Positions 1-12,399 of a DNA stretch of 64,000 nt are shown here, piece by piece. The stretch's first letter is position 1. Every line of letters begins with the position of its first letter. A program made the translations under genes and the position numbers. The notes beneath the pieces were generated by a model that was not told the DNA's origin, did no database searches, and was given only the letters and a program-made list of their open reading frames with translations. Source of the DNA: Felis catus (lineage: Eukaryota); NCBI RefSeq assembly GCF_018350175.1, contig NC_058368.1, positions 61,444,001 to 61,508,000 of the forward strand, read 5' to 3'.

Positions 1-1072
1 GGAGTTACTTTCAGCCATGAATTTTTATGAAAAGCCGGGAAAATAAATGAGCATGGTTTTTACATCATCCTGTCTGTTTCTGGAAGCTATTTCCTCTGTG
101 AATGTGGACATTAGAGCAATAGTGGAAGATGTCAGAAAGCATATATGATGTTCATACAGTACAGAGGTGACAGTACTAGCCAAGGGGAAAAATCGTAATG
201 AGCAATAGCGACAGTACAATGTTGGCCTTTGGGACACATCCATCCACCCTCATTTCTTTGGTATTCTCATTCCAACCACAGTAGCCATCCGCAAGACACA
301 TCTATCTCTGAATCATACTCTCTGGCATGTGGAAACTCTCACTTTTTGAACCCTGATTCATTGTTTGATTATTTTTATAAGGCTACATTTTTGGCCCTGG
401 AGCTCTACGATTTTTTTGCTCTGTGTAGTCTACTTGAAATACATGTCTGCACACAACATGAAACTCTGCCACAATAATCCAGACTGTCAGCTTTCAGCTT
501 CCCTGGATTACTCTTTTGGATTCATGACTTGGAGCAGAATATGTCCAAGACTTTTAGCAGTCATTCAGGAGATGTTGTGTTCTGATAAAGGATTCTCCAT
601 CCACTCTGTTGCATTCTGAGAATATACTCAATGGCTAAAGCTGTGGTTTCCCTGTTAAGCTAAAATCAAATGCACTATTAAAATGCATTTATTGCTATTT
701 CTTACCTTCAAAATTTAGGGTACTTCTTCCACTAGTAAGGCATCCATGATGTTTTTTTTAAATAATATTTTAAGCTTTTATTTTTATCACCCAGTGCTCA
801 TAATGACAAGTGCATTCCTTAATCCCCATCACCTATTTCACCCATGCCCATAACCATCTCCCCTCTGGTAACCATCAGTCTGTTCCTTATAGTTGAGTCT
901 CTTTCTTGGTTTGTCTCTCTCTCCCTTCCTTTCCCTTTGTTCGTTTGTTTTGTTTCTTAAATTCCACATATAAATGAAATTATATGGTATTTGTCTCTCT
1001 CTAACTGATGTATTTCACTTAGTGTTATACTCTGTAGCTCAATCCAAGTTGATGCAAATGGCAGGATTTCAT

Positions 1073-1245
1073 GTTTTTAATTTTTTGAGGGGGTTGGGAA
1101 GGCAGAGAGGTGTGGGGGACAGAGGATCCAAAGCAGGCTGTGTGCTGACAACAGAAAGCCTGATGTGGGGCTCAAACTCAGGAACCATGAGATCGTGACC
1201 TGAGACAAAGTTGAACACTTAACCAACTGAACCACTCAGGCACCC
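1073..1245 (-). mobile_element. CAN-SINE nested in L1
   Basis: tRNA-derived head ending ggcacccc on + strand; TSD caggatttcat at 1062-1072 and 1246-1256. Confidence 0.9.
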
Positions 1246-2234
1246 CAGGATTTCATTCTATTTATATCGGAATAATATTCTGTTGTATGTATATGCCACT
1301 TCCTCTTCATCCATTTATCTATTGATGGACACTTGGGTTGCTCCCATATCTTGCCCATTATAAATAATGCTGCTGTAAACACAGAGGTGCATGTATCCCT
1401 TTGAATTAGTATTCTTCTATTCTTTGGTTAAATACCCAATAGTGTGATTGCTGGATCATAGTTCTATTTATAAGTTTTTGAGGAATCTCCATACTGGTTT
1501 TCACAGTGGCTGCACCTGTTTGCATTTTCACCAACAGGGCAAGAGGGTTCCTTTCTCTCTACATCCTTGTCAACACATGTTGTGATTTTATTTATTCTGA
1601 CAGGTGTGAGTTGATATCTCCTTGTAGTTTGGATTTACATTTCCCTGATGGTGAGTGATGTTGAGCATCTTTTCATATGTTGGTCATCTGTATATCTTCT
1701 TTGAAGAAATGTCTGTTTATGTTTTTAATTGGATTATTTTGTTTTGAGGATTGAGTCTATAAGTTCTTTATATATTTTTATACTAACTCTTTATCATATA
1801 TGTCATTTGCAAATATCTTCTCCCATTACATAGGTTGCCTTTTAGTTTTGTTGATTGTTTCTTTCGCTGTGCAGATGCTTTTTATTTTGATGTAGACATG
1901 ATAGTGGTTTTGTTTTGTTTTGTTTTGTTTTTGTTTTTTTGTTTGTTTTTGTTTTTTGATTTTGCTTTTGTTTTTGTTTCCCTTGCTGCAGGGAACTTCT
2001 CTAGAAAAAGTTGCTATGGCCCAAGTCACAGAGGTTGCTGCCTGTGCTTTCTCCTAGGATTTTTATGGTTTTAGTTCTCAAATTTAGGTATTTAATCCAT
2101 GTTGAATTTATTTTTGTGTATGGTGTAGGAAAGTGGTCTAATTTTACTCTTTTGCATGTTGCTGTCTGGTTTTCCCAGTGCCATTTGTTGAAGAGACTGT
2201 CTTTATCCCATTGGATATTCTTCTGCTTTGTCAA

Positions 2235-2458
2235 GTGTTTAAAAAAATTTTTTTTTAATGTTCACTTATTTTGAGAGAGAGAGAGACAGAGTATGAGCAG
2301 GGGAGGGGCAGAGAGAGAAGGAGCGACAGAATCCAAAGCAGGCTTCAGGCTCTGAGCTGTCAGCACAGAGTCTGACATGGGGCTTCAACCCACAAACCGT
2401 AAGATTATGACCTGAGCCGAAGTTGGCCACTCAACGGACTGACCCCCCCCAGGCGCCC
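2235..2458 (-). mobile_element. Felid CAN-SINE nested in L1
   Basis: Typical SINE body, (GA)n and T tail; TSD ctgc(t/c)ttgtcaa at 2223-2234 and 2461-2472. Confidence 0.92.
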
Positions 2459-3574
2459 TGCTGCCTTGTCAAATATTAACTGATCATAAAATTGTGGGTT
2501 TATTTCTGGATATTCGCTTCTGTTCTATTAATCTACGTGCCTATTGTTGTTCCAGTACCATATTGTTTTCATTACTACGGCCTAGTAATATAACTTGCAG
2601 TCTGGAATTGTGATGCCTACCTCTTTACCTTTCTTTTTTAAGACTTCTTTGGCTATTCAGGGTCTTTATTGATTTTGAAAACAATTTTAGAATTGTTTGC
2701 TCTAGCTCCGTGAAAAGTGCTAGTGGTATTTTGATAGGGATTGTATTAAATGTGTAGATTTCTTTGGATAGTACAGACATTTTAAAAATATTTGTTTTTC
2801 CAAGCTATGTGCATGGCTCTTGGTTTTTTCCCCATTGAAGATGATGTTAGCTGTGGATTTTTCATATATGGCTTTTATTATGTTGAGATATGTTACACCT
2901 AAACCTACTTTGTTGAGGGTTTTTTTATCATGAATGGATGTTGTACTTTGTCAAATGCTTTTTCTGCCTCTACTGAGATGATTATATGGTTCTACTTTTC
3001 TCTTGTTGATGTGGTGTATCACATTGATTGATTAACAAATATTGAATATTTGCAACCCAGGAATAAGTCACAGTTGATCGTGGTGAATTATTTTTTTAAT
3101 GTATTGTTAGATTTTCTACAATTTTGTTGAGGATTTTTGCATCCATGATCGTCAGGGGTAATGGTCTGTACTCTTTTTGTGGTGTCTTTATCTGGTTTTG
3201 GTATCAGGGTAATGCTGGCCTCACAGAAGAATTTGAAAACTTTTCTTCCTTTTCTATTTTTTTGGAATAATTTGAGAAGAATACATTTTAACTCTTCTTT
3301 AAATGTTTGATAGAATTCACTTGTGAAGTCATCTGGTCCTGGACTTTTGTTTACTGGGAGTTTTTTTTGATTATTGATTAAATTTCTTGGTTGGTAATCA
3401 ATCTGTTCCAATTTTCTTTCTTCCTGTTTCAGGTTTGGTAGGTTATATGTGTCTAAGAATTTATTGATTTCTTCTAGGTTGTCCAACTTTTGACATGTGT
3501 TTTTTTCATAATATTCTCTTACAATTATATATCTGTGGTGTTTTTATTTTTTCTCTCTCATTTGTGATTTTGAG

Positions 3575-3579
<5 letters not shown>

Positions 3580-3616
<37 letters not shown>
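3580..3616. repeat. (CT)n microsatellite inside L1
   Basis: Directly visible dinucleotide run. Confidence 0.9.
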
Positions 3617-3622
<6 letters not shown>

Positions 3623-4596
3623 TTTTTCTTTTTCTTTATGATTCTGGCTAGCAGTTTATCAACTTTCTTGATTTGTTTCAAAGAACCAGTTCCTGGTTTC
3701 ATCGATCTGTCTTATTTATTTATTTATTTGTTTGTTTGTTTGTTTGTTTGTTTCAGTTTCTATACCATTTTTTTTTCTGCTCTAATCCTTATTTCTTACT
3801 TCTGATGATTTTAGGTTTTGTTTGTTGTTCATTTCTAGCTCTTTTAGGTGTAAGGTTAGGTTCCTTATTTGAGAGTTTTCTTACTTCTTGTGTTAAGCAT
3901 GTATTGCTATAAACTTCCCTCTTAGAACTGCTTTTGCTGCATCCCAGAGGTTTGGGATCATTGTGTTCTCATTATCATTTGTTTCCATGTACTTTTTAAA
4001 TTTCTTCTCTAATCTCCTGGTTGACCCATTCAATGTTTAGTAGCATGTTGTTTAACCTCCATGTATTTGTGGTCTTTCCAATTTTTTTTCTTGTGGTTGG
4101 CTTCTAGTTTAATAGCATTGTGATAAGAAAAGTTTAATGGCATAACTTTGATCTTCTTAAATTTGTTGAGGATTGTTTTGGGCCTAATATATGATCTATT
4201 TTGGAGAATGTTCCATGTGCAATTGAAAATAATGTGTATTCTGCTGTTTTAGGATAGAATGTTCTGAATATATCTGTTAAATCCATCTGGTGAAGTATGT
4301 CATTCAAAGCCATCATTTTCTTGTTGCTTTTCTATTTAGATGATCTCTTTAGATTGATGTAAGTGAGGAATTAAAGTCCCCTACTATTATTATATTATTA
4401 TGTTAGTTCCTTAAGTTTGTTATTAACTGTTTTATGTATTTGGATGCTCTCATGTTGGGTAGATAAATATTTACATTTGTTATAACTTCTTGTTGGATTT
4501 CCCCCTTTATTTTTATATAGTTTCCTTCTTTGTCTCTTGTTACAATCTTTGCTTTAAAGTCGATTTTGCTCAATATAAGTATTGCTACACTGGATT

Positions 4597-4814
4597 TCTT
4601 TTTTTTTAAGTTGTTTAAGTTTATGTATCTATTTTGAGAGAGAGAGAGAGAGAAAGCAGGGTAGGGGCAGAGAGAGGCAGGAAAGAGAGAATCCCAATCT
4701 GGCACTGCAATGTCAGTGCAAAGCCTGATGTGGGACTTGAACTCACAATCATGAGATTATAACCTGAGCCAAAATCAAGGGTCAGACGTTTAACCAATTG
4801 AGCTTTCCTGGCAC
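4597..4814 (-). mobile_element. CAN-SINE nested in L1 ORF2
   Basis: SINE body with (GA)n; degenerate TSD tgctaca...tttctttt. Confidence 0.88.
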
Positions 4815-7800
4815 TGCTACATCAACTTTCTTTTGATATCCATTTGCATGATAAATATTTCTCCATTCACTCACTTTCAATCTGCAGGTGTCTTTAGTTC
4901 TAAGATAAGTCTCTCATCGGCAGCAAATAGATAGGTCTTTTTTTTTTTTAATCCAGTTTATCACCCTGTGGCTCTTGATTGGAGCATTTAGTTCATTTAC
5001 ATTCAAAGTAATTATTGATAGATATGTATTTATTGTCATTTTATTACTTGTTTTGTAGTTGTTTCTAAGACTTTCCCTTATCCTTTCTTGTCTTTCTTTC
5101 ATGGTTAGCTGGTTTTCTTTAGTTATATTCTTTAGATACAGTCAGATTTCCTTATCTTTATTCTTTGCATATTTATTGGTGTTTTTTTTTTTAATTTTTG
5201 GTTACCATTAGGTTTGTTTATAACATCTTCTACATACTGAAGTCTATATAAAGCTGATGGTCATTTAAGTTTAAACTCATTCTGTACTCCTACCCACTTT
5301 TTACATACATAGTGTCATATTTAAAATCCTTTTATTTTGTGAGTTCCTAGACTGATTTTTTATAGAAATATTCATTTTTATTGCTTTTGTGTTTTCTATA
5401 TTTACATTGTCAATTTTGGTCTTTCCTTTCTACTCAAAGGGTCCTCTTTAATGTTTCATGCTAGGCTGGTTTAATGGTCATGAATCCTTTTAGTTTTTGT
5501 TTGTCTGGGAAAATCTTGATCTCTCCTATTCTGAATGATAGCCTTGATAGATAGAGTATTCTCGGCTATGTTTTTTTATTATTTTATTTTATTCTATTCT
5601 ATTTTATTTTATTTTAATTATTATTGGGGGGGTAGAAATCAGCACTTTGAATATATCATTCCACTTCTTTTTGGCTTGAAAAGTTTCTGGTGAAAAATCC
5701 ACTGATAGCCTTATGGGGTTTCCATTGTATGTAATTGTCTTCTTTTGTCTCAATGCTTTTTTTTTCCTTTATCACTATATTTTGCCATTTTAATTACAAT
5801 ATGTCTTGGTGTAGTTTTGTTTTTGTTAGTTTTCTTGGGGGTTCTGTATGCCTCTTGGATCTAGTATGTGTTTCTTTTCCCAGATTAGGAAAGTTTACAG
5901 CTATTATTTCTTCAAATAAATTCTCTTCCCCCTCCCCCCTTCTCTCTCTTCTTCTTCTGAGACTCCTGTAATACAAATGTTATTATGTATGATGGAGTCA
6001 CTGAGTTCCATAATTCTATTCTCATTTTGCATAATTATTTTTTCTCTCTTTTGTTCATCTTGGTCACTTTCCATTACTCTGAATTCTAGGTCATTAATTA
6101 GTTTTGTACTTTTTCCATCGTGCCACTCATTCTGTCAAGTGTGTTTCTCATTTATTTATTTATCCCTTTCTCTCTGCTATGTGCATCCTTTTATCTGTGT
6201 TAATGGTCTCATTGATGTCTTCTACTCTTTCTCAAGTCCAGTGAGTATCCTTAAGATCATTGCTTTACATTCTCCTTCAAGCATGTTACTTATATCTGTT
6301 TTGCTTAGATCTCTGGCCATGACCTTGTCCTGTTATTTCATTTTGGACCAATTCCTTTGTCTTTGCATTTTGTACTTGTTTCTCTGTGTTAGGAAAGTCA
6401 TTTATGTCTCTCTTTTTTTTAGTATAATGACTTTATGAAGAAGAGGTCGTGTAGTGCCCTGCAGTGTAGTGTCCCCTATTACCTAGGGCCTGGTGCTTCT
6501 AGGAGTATCTCCAATGTGTCCTGTGTGTTCTCTGCTATTTTGTCAGGCCTATTTTATCCTTCAGGCCAGTAGTCTGCAGAGGCTCTTTTTGCCTGTTGTG
6601 GGTAGTGTTTGGTCTCTGACCTTAATGTGGATAGTTTTAACTAGATGTGCTCTGATATGCTTGGGAGTGAGACCTGGTGCTACCACCACTGGGACCAAGG
6701 CCTCTTAAAACTTTCAGGTAGGAAGACATGGTATGGGCAGGGGTTTGGGCTGGTCTTCTGGAGGATAGGGCCCACCATCCTGGGACTAACACAGAATGGC
6801 AAGGAAGGGTGATTCTTTTAGAGTGTAGAGAGATAGAGCTTGGTGCAAGTAAGGTAGCAAGTGTCAGCCCTCCTCTGGTTCCAGTAGGTGGATCTCTAGT
6901 TATGCTGAAGATATGAGGGAGGAAAATGACACTAGCCAATTCCTTTTTTCCCAGAGGGGTCTCTCCGTGAATGCTGCCTCTCTGTATCATGCTCTGAAGT
7001 GAGCAACTAACTTCTCCATTCTTTGTTCCAGGTACTTTTCAGATTCTTGTTTCCATACTGTATGTCCCTAAGTTGTTTGCCCTCTGTTTTCTCCAAGAGC
7101 AGCACTGATGTCCTCTGATCTCTCCCAAAGCCAAGCACTCTGACCTTTAAAACTCTAGACTCTAAGTCCCACTATTTGCAATAACTCATGGAATTTGAGC
7201 CTTCTCACATTCCAAACCAATTGCAATGGGGATTTATTTTCTCCATGTGCTGCTTTGTGTGCTAGTTTATCTCTCACCCTTCTTTGCAACCAGGGGTCTC
7301 TCCCCACCACATGGGCTATGATCCGTTTCTCACAAAAGCCATGTCTCCACACTTCCTATCTTATAAGTGGCCTCTTTGCTACCTTTAGTTGTGGAGTTTG
7401 TGTTGCCAGTGTCCAGATTGATTTATGGGGTATATAGGATGATGTGATAGTTATCTAGTTGGGTTCATAGTACAACATGAGCCTAGGGTCCTCCTACTCT
7501 GCTCCCATATTCCCCTCTCTCCACAGTTTGCAGGCATCCATGAGCTTTTGATTCATGACCATATTTAGGTTGCTTCTGAAATTAAAAAAAAAAATTAAAA
7601 GACCATTCCAAAAAGAGTTAATCGTTAGCTTTTCTCTCTTAAAACACATTGTACTAGTAATATTTTAAATTGCGTCCTTCTTGTTTGTTATTTCTATATC
7701 CCCCACCAGCCTCAATAACAGATTCTAGATCTTATCTTTTTAAAGAAGTTTCAAGATACAGTTTACAAATGTATTGTTTATACAGGCTCAGGTGAAATAT

Positions 7801-7892
7801 TGATGGGTAACTTCTATTAATCAATTGGTAACCATGTAAAATAGCTATAAGAAACAAGCTATACACTTCTAAAATTGACATTAACATACTTT

Positions 7893-8088
7893 AAGTTTAT
7901 TTATTTTGTGAGACAGAGAGAGAGAACAAGTGGGGGAGGAGCAGAGAAAAGGAGAGACGGAATCCTAAGTAGACTCTGTGCCATCAGTGCAGAGACCAAT
8001 GTGGGGTTCGAAATCATGAACTGTGAGATCATGATCTAAGCTGAGATGAAGAGTAGGATGCTTAACCAACTGAGCCATCAGGGGCTCC
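7893..8088 (-). mobile_element. CAN-SINE
   Basis: SINE body; TSD acatt(a/c)acatacttt at 7878-7892 and 8090-8104. Confidence 0.9.
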
Positions 8089-8789
8089 AACATTCACATA
8101 CTTTTTAATGAAATGCTAAGTAGTAGACATTTAATTTTATTAGACAAAGATTTTGTTGACAGAAATATTTAGATGTTGGCAACTAACAAAATTTCCCTAA
8201 AGAAGAAACCATTGAGCTTTAAATTGATTATAGAGAGTGAACCAATGACACAGAAACACTATGTAAACATGATTTCATAGTGTAAAAATAAGCATGCCAT
8301 AGACATCTACCATCTGCTGCATATGATCCATTGATGCTGTTTCTTCTTGATTCTGCATATGCATTTGAAAATAGTTTTTGGATGGTGAGAAATATACTTT
8401 AAAACTTCTGGTTAAGAGGAAAAATATGTGATTTTTATAATTGTAACTCTCCTTACACTCACTTTTGACTGTTGATTTTATATACACCAAAAATCTTTCA
8501 CTTCTGGATAGTTGAACAAATTTTAAAATGAATATAAATAAATGATATTGAAACACAATCATATTAAAGGTAAAACTGTTCATGAGAATATTCATCATAT
8601 GTTAATGGAGTATCAAGTGTATGCTGATAATTGGGTTACAAAAATATAGGTCTGACGATAAAAAAGATCTATGTCTAGTATTAATGTGTACTATTAGCCA
8701 CAAATTGACAGAATCTAGTGAAGAATACATAAAAAAAATAACATGTAATTTTAAAAATGCATGTTAGAGGTAAATATGTTGATAATTTT

Positions 8790-9080
8790 ATTATCCTCTA
8801 GATTTTCTGTGTATCAGGATTCAAGAAGGACTGAGTAGAGCTATTCTAGCTCAAGATCTCCTATGGGATTACACACTGTGGCTGGAGCTGAAACATGTCA
8901 TGGTTTTGCCTCTTTCTCTTTTCATGCAGACTTGGGGATTTGTATATGCTATTTTCATTTGAACTAGTTTAGGCTTCTTCACCACATGGTAGCTTCACGG
9001 CAGTAGACATACATGCCAGCCAAATGAAAGTGCTCTAGTGAACAAGTGGGCATGGGACCACTTTTTCTAATCTAACCTTG
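8790..9080. mobile_element. Old MaLR (MLT1-type) LTR fragment
   Basis: Resembles the MLT1 motif ttatctc..tttctgtg..tcaggaattc...ttctggctcagg..tctc; highly diverged. Confidence 0.55.
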
Positions 9081-9274
9081 TACATATGTATATATGTGTG
9101 TATCAGTATGTATGCAAACATATATATATATGCATCTCTGTATACATACATACACAAACACAAGCAGAGAGAGAGACAACACTGAGGATTCATACATGTA
9201 ACCTAATTTATTCAATTTGGAGAAAATATTTTGATGAAATAAAGCCTAGTCAAATCTTAGAGAATTATCATACT

Positions 9275-10935
9275 CATTTTTTAAAATTATTAAGAAACCT
9301 TTATATAATTATGATTTTACATGTTGTTTTGAGAAATAATAGGGATCCCATGTACTCCTTTTTTAATCATTTATTTATTTCAATTTTTTTTTCAATCTTT
9401 ATTTATTTTTGAGAGACAGAGAGACAGAGTGAGAATGGGGGAGGAACAGAGGGAAAGGGAGACACAGAATCTTAAGCAGGCTCCAGGCTCTGAGCTGTCA
9501 GCACAGAGCCCAACGTGGGGCTTGAACTCACAAACTGCAAGTTCATGACATGAGCCGACGTTGGACACTTAACCAACTGAGCCACCCAGGTGTCCCTAAT
9601 TTATTTTTTAAAGAGAGAGAGAATGCAAGTAAGAGAGGGGCAGAGAGAGAAACAGAGAATACCAAGCAGGGCCCACACTGTCAGTGTAGAGCCCTAGGTA
9701 GGGCTCAAACCCACGAACTGTGAGATCATGGATACTTAATCAACTGAGCCACCCAGGTGCCCCAGACATCCCATGCACTCTTTAACCAGCTACCCCCACT
9801 GGTAACGCCTTGTAAAACTTTAGTACCTTATCACAACAAGAATATTGACATCAATACAGTCAAAATACTGAGCATTTCTGTAATGCAAGTATCCCTTGTG
9901 TTGTCCTTTAATGGTCATACCACATCTTTCCTACCCTTATAACATTGTTAACCCCTGGAGACCACTAATCTTCTCTCCATTTCAGTAATTGTTATTTCAA
10001 AAATGATAGGGTAAATGGAATCATATGTTTTGTATGTAGTGATGGATTTTTTAAACAGTATAATTCCCTGGAGATTCATCTGGTTGTTACATGTATTGAT
10101 ATATATATATTTTTAATTTTAATTGCTAAGTAGTATTCCTTGATATAGATGTGCTACAGTTTGTTTAACCAATTACTCATTGAACCTCATCTGAATTGTT
10201 TCCAGCTTGGGGCTATTATGAATAAAGTTGCTATAAGCATTCAACAGAGGCTTTCTGTGAAAATAAGTCTTAATTTCTCTGGGATAAATGCCCAGAACTA
10301 CATTTCCTGTACATGTTTTGTTAGACTTACACTTAACATTTTATCTTAAGTGATTGCAAATTGTACTGAGAATTTGACTGTCCAAATGTTCCTTCCTAGT
10401 ATATAGAAATACATGTGATTTTTGTGTATCATCTTGCAACATCCCACCTTATTAAACTCACTTATCTTAGAAGTTGTTCTTGTATATTCTTTGGTGTTTT
10501 CTATATAGATAAACATTTCATCAATAAGCGGGGTCAAGTATTTTCTTTGTTTCTGAGATCTACAAATTTTATTTTCTATCTTGCCTTATTGCACTAACTA
10601 GAACTCCTAGTACCATATTAAATAAGAATAGTAAGATTGAATAATTTGCCTTGTTCCTGATCTTAGCAGGAATACATTCAGTCCTTTATCGTTAAATATT
10701 ATATGAGCTGAAATTTTTTTGAAGATTTTCTTTATTAATATTTTTTCTGAGAGTTTTTATCATGAAATGGTAGTAAGTTTTGTCTATTGCTTTTCAGCAT
10801 AGATTGATATGAACATGTGTATTTTCTTCTTTAGCCTGCTAATATGGTGGATTACATTGATTGACTTTAATACAGAAACAGCTCTGCATTTTTGGTATAA
10901 ACCTTTCTTGCTCATAATGAATCATTTTATATATG
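9275..10935 (-). mobile_element. Old L1M 3' fragment
   Basis: L1M 3'UTR and ORF2-end motifs (ccctggagaccactaatct, aatggaatcata, ttccagcttggggctattatgaataaag). Confidence 0.75.
9361..9762 (-). mobile_element. Two tandem CAN-SINEs, one apparently inserted in the tail of the other
   Basis: Two SINE bodies at ~9385-9596 and ~9597-9762 inside one outer TSD atcccatg(t/c)actc at 9346-9358 and 9768-9780. Confidence 0.88.
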
Positions 10936-11526
10936 TACTGTCCCAAGTTTATACCAAACATTACTTCGGGATACTGGAGTTGTATTCCAAGTATTGGTGC
11001 GTTGCTTTACATACAATAGAGCTGATATCTTCACCTAGAAATCATCGTTTATTTGTTTTCATTTGTATTTTTCAAACTTCATTTATTTAAATTCAAGTTA
11101 GTTAATATACAGTGCAGTATTGGTTTCAGGGGTATAACCCAGTGATTCATCATTTATATGTAACACCCAATGCTCATCCCAAGAAATGCCCTCCTTAATA
11201 CTCATTACCCATTTAGCCATCCCCCCACCCACCTCACCTCTAGCAACCCTCAGTTTGTTGCTGTAGTTAAGAAACTCTTAGGTTTGTCTCCCTCTCTGTT
11301 TTAATTTTATTTTTCCTTCCCTTCCCTTTGTTCATCTGTATATGTATATATGTATATATAGTTGGCATTTAGTGATGGCATTTTAAACAGTGTAATTCCT
11401 TGGAGATTCATCCGGATGTTACATGTATCAGTAATTTTTTTTATTTTAATTGCTGAATAGTATTCCTTAATATAGATATACTACAGTTTGCTTAACTACT
11501 TACTCATTAAAACATATACATACATT

Positions 11527-11746
11527 GGGGCGCCTGGGTGGCGCAGTCGGTTAAGCGTCCGACTTCAGCCAGGTCACGATCTCGCGGTCCGGGAGTTCGA
11601 GCCCCGCGTCAGGCTCTGGGCTGATGGCTCGGAGCCTGGAGCCTGCTTCCGATTCTGTGTCTCCCTCTCTCTCTGCCCCTCCCCCGTTCATGCTCTGTCT
11701 CTCTCTGTCCCAAAAATAAATAAACGTTGAAAAAAAATTAAAAAAA
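11527..11746 (+). mobile_element. Very young felid SINE (SINEC_Fc type)
   Basis: CpGs largely intact, intact A and B boxes, polyA tail, 17-bp TSD aaaacatatacatacat at 11509-11525 and 11747-11763. Confidence 0.97.
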
Positions 11747-12180
11747 AAAACATATACATACATATATACATACATATATATACATATACACACAACATCT
11801 TCGTTATCCATTCATCACTCAATGAACATTTGGGCTCTTTCCACATTTTGGCTATTGTTAATGCTGCTATAAACACTGGGATGCATATGCCCCTTCCAAT
11901 CAGCATTTTTATATCCTTTGGATAAATACCTAGTAGTGCAAATGCCGGGTTGTAGGGTAGTTCTATTTTTAATTTTTTGAGGCACCTCCATACTATTTTC
12001 CAGGGTGGCTGTACCAGTTTGCATTTCCATCAACAATACAAAAGTGTTCCCATTTATCTACATCATTGCCAACATCTTTTGTTTTCTGAGTTGTTAGTTT
12101 TAGCCATTCTGCAGGTGTGAGGTGATATCTCATGGTTTTGATTTCTGTTTCTTTGATGATGAATGATGTTAAGCATTTTT

Positions 12181-12399
12181 TTCTTTAAAAAATTTTTTAT
12201 GTTTATTCATTTTTGAAAGACAGAGACAGAGCACAAGCAGGGGTGGGGTGGAGAGAGAGGGGGGACACAGAATCCAAAGCAGGCTTCAGGCTCCTAGCTG
12301 TCAGCCCAGAGCCCAACGAGGGGCTTGAACTCATAAACCGCGAGATCATGACCTGAGCCAAAGTCAGATGCTCAACCAACTGAGCCACCCAGGCGCCCC
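12181..12399 (-). mobile_element. Felid CAN-SINE nested in L1
   Basis: SINE body; TSD tgatgtt(a/g)agcat. Confidence 0.92.

Larger units (their letters stand above)
750..7531 (-). mobile_element. Near-full-length, degenerate LINE-1 (carnivore L1) with internal ORF2 deletion
   Basis: ORF2 fragments ([53 protein letters not shown]), ORF1 fragment (ENLFEEIIAVNFPNLGKE), 5'UTR, T-rich tail from 750, 12-bp TSD aggcatccatga at 738-749 and 7532-7543. Confidence 0.95.
706..7575 (-). pseudogene. 76-nt exon-like segment split by an L1 insertion (parts 7575-7544 and 749-706)
   Basis: Removing the L1 and one TSD copy gives ttttttaatttcag|AAGCAACC...TTTTGAAG|gtaaga with open frame KQPKYGHESKAHGCLTSGRSTLNFE. 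After a 90-nt intron it continues in phase into the segment starting at 615 (ECNRVDGESFIRTQH). Confidence 0.55.

Noticed and set aside
255..345. Semaphorin PSI- or MAM-like CLADGYCGW on the minus strand
   Set aside because: Isolated short motif that needs several frameshifts and has no supporting neighbours.
11527..11610. tRNA gene
   Set aside because: The A and B boxes belong to the tRNA-derived head of a CAN-SINE with tail and TSD.
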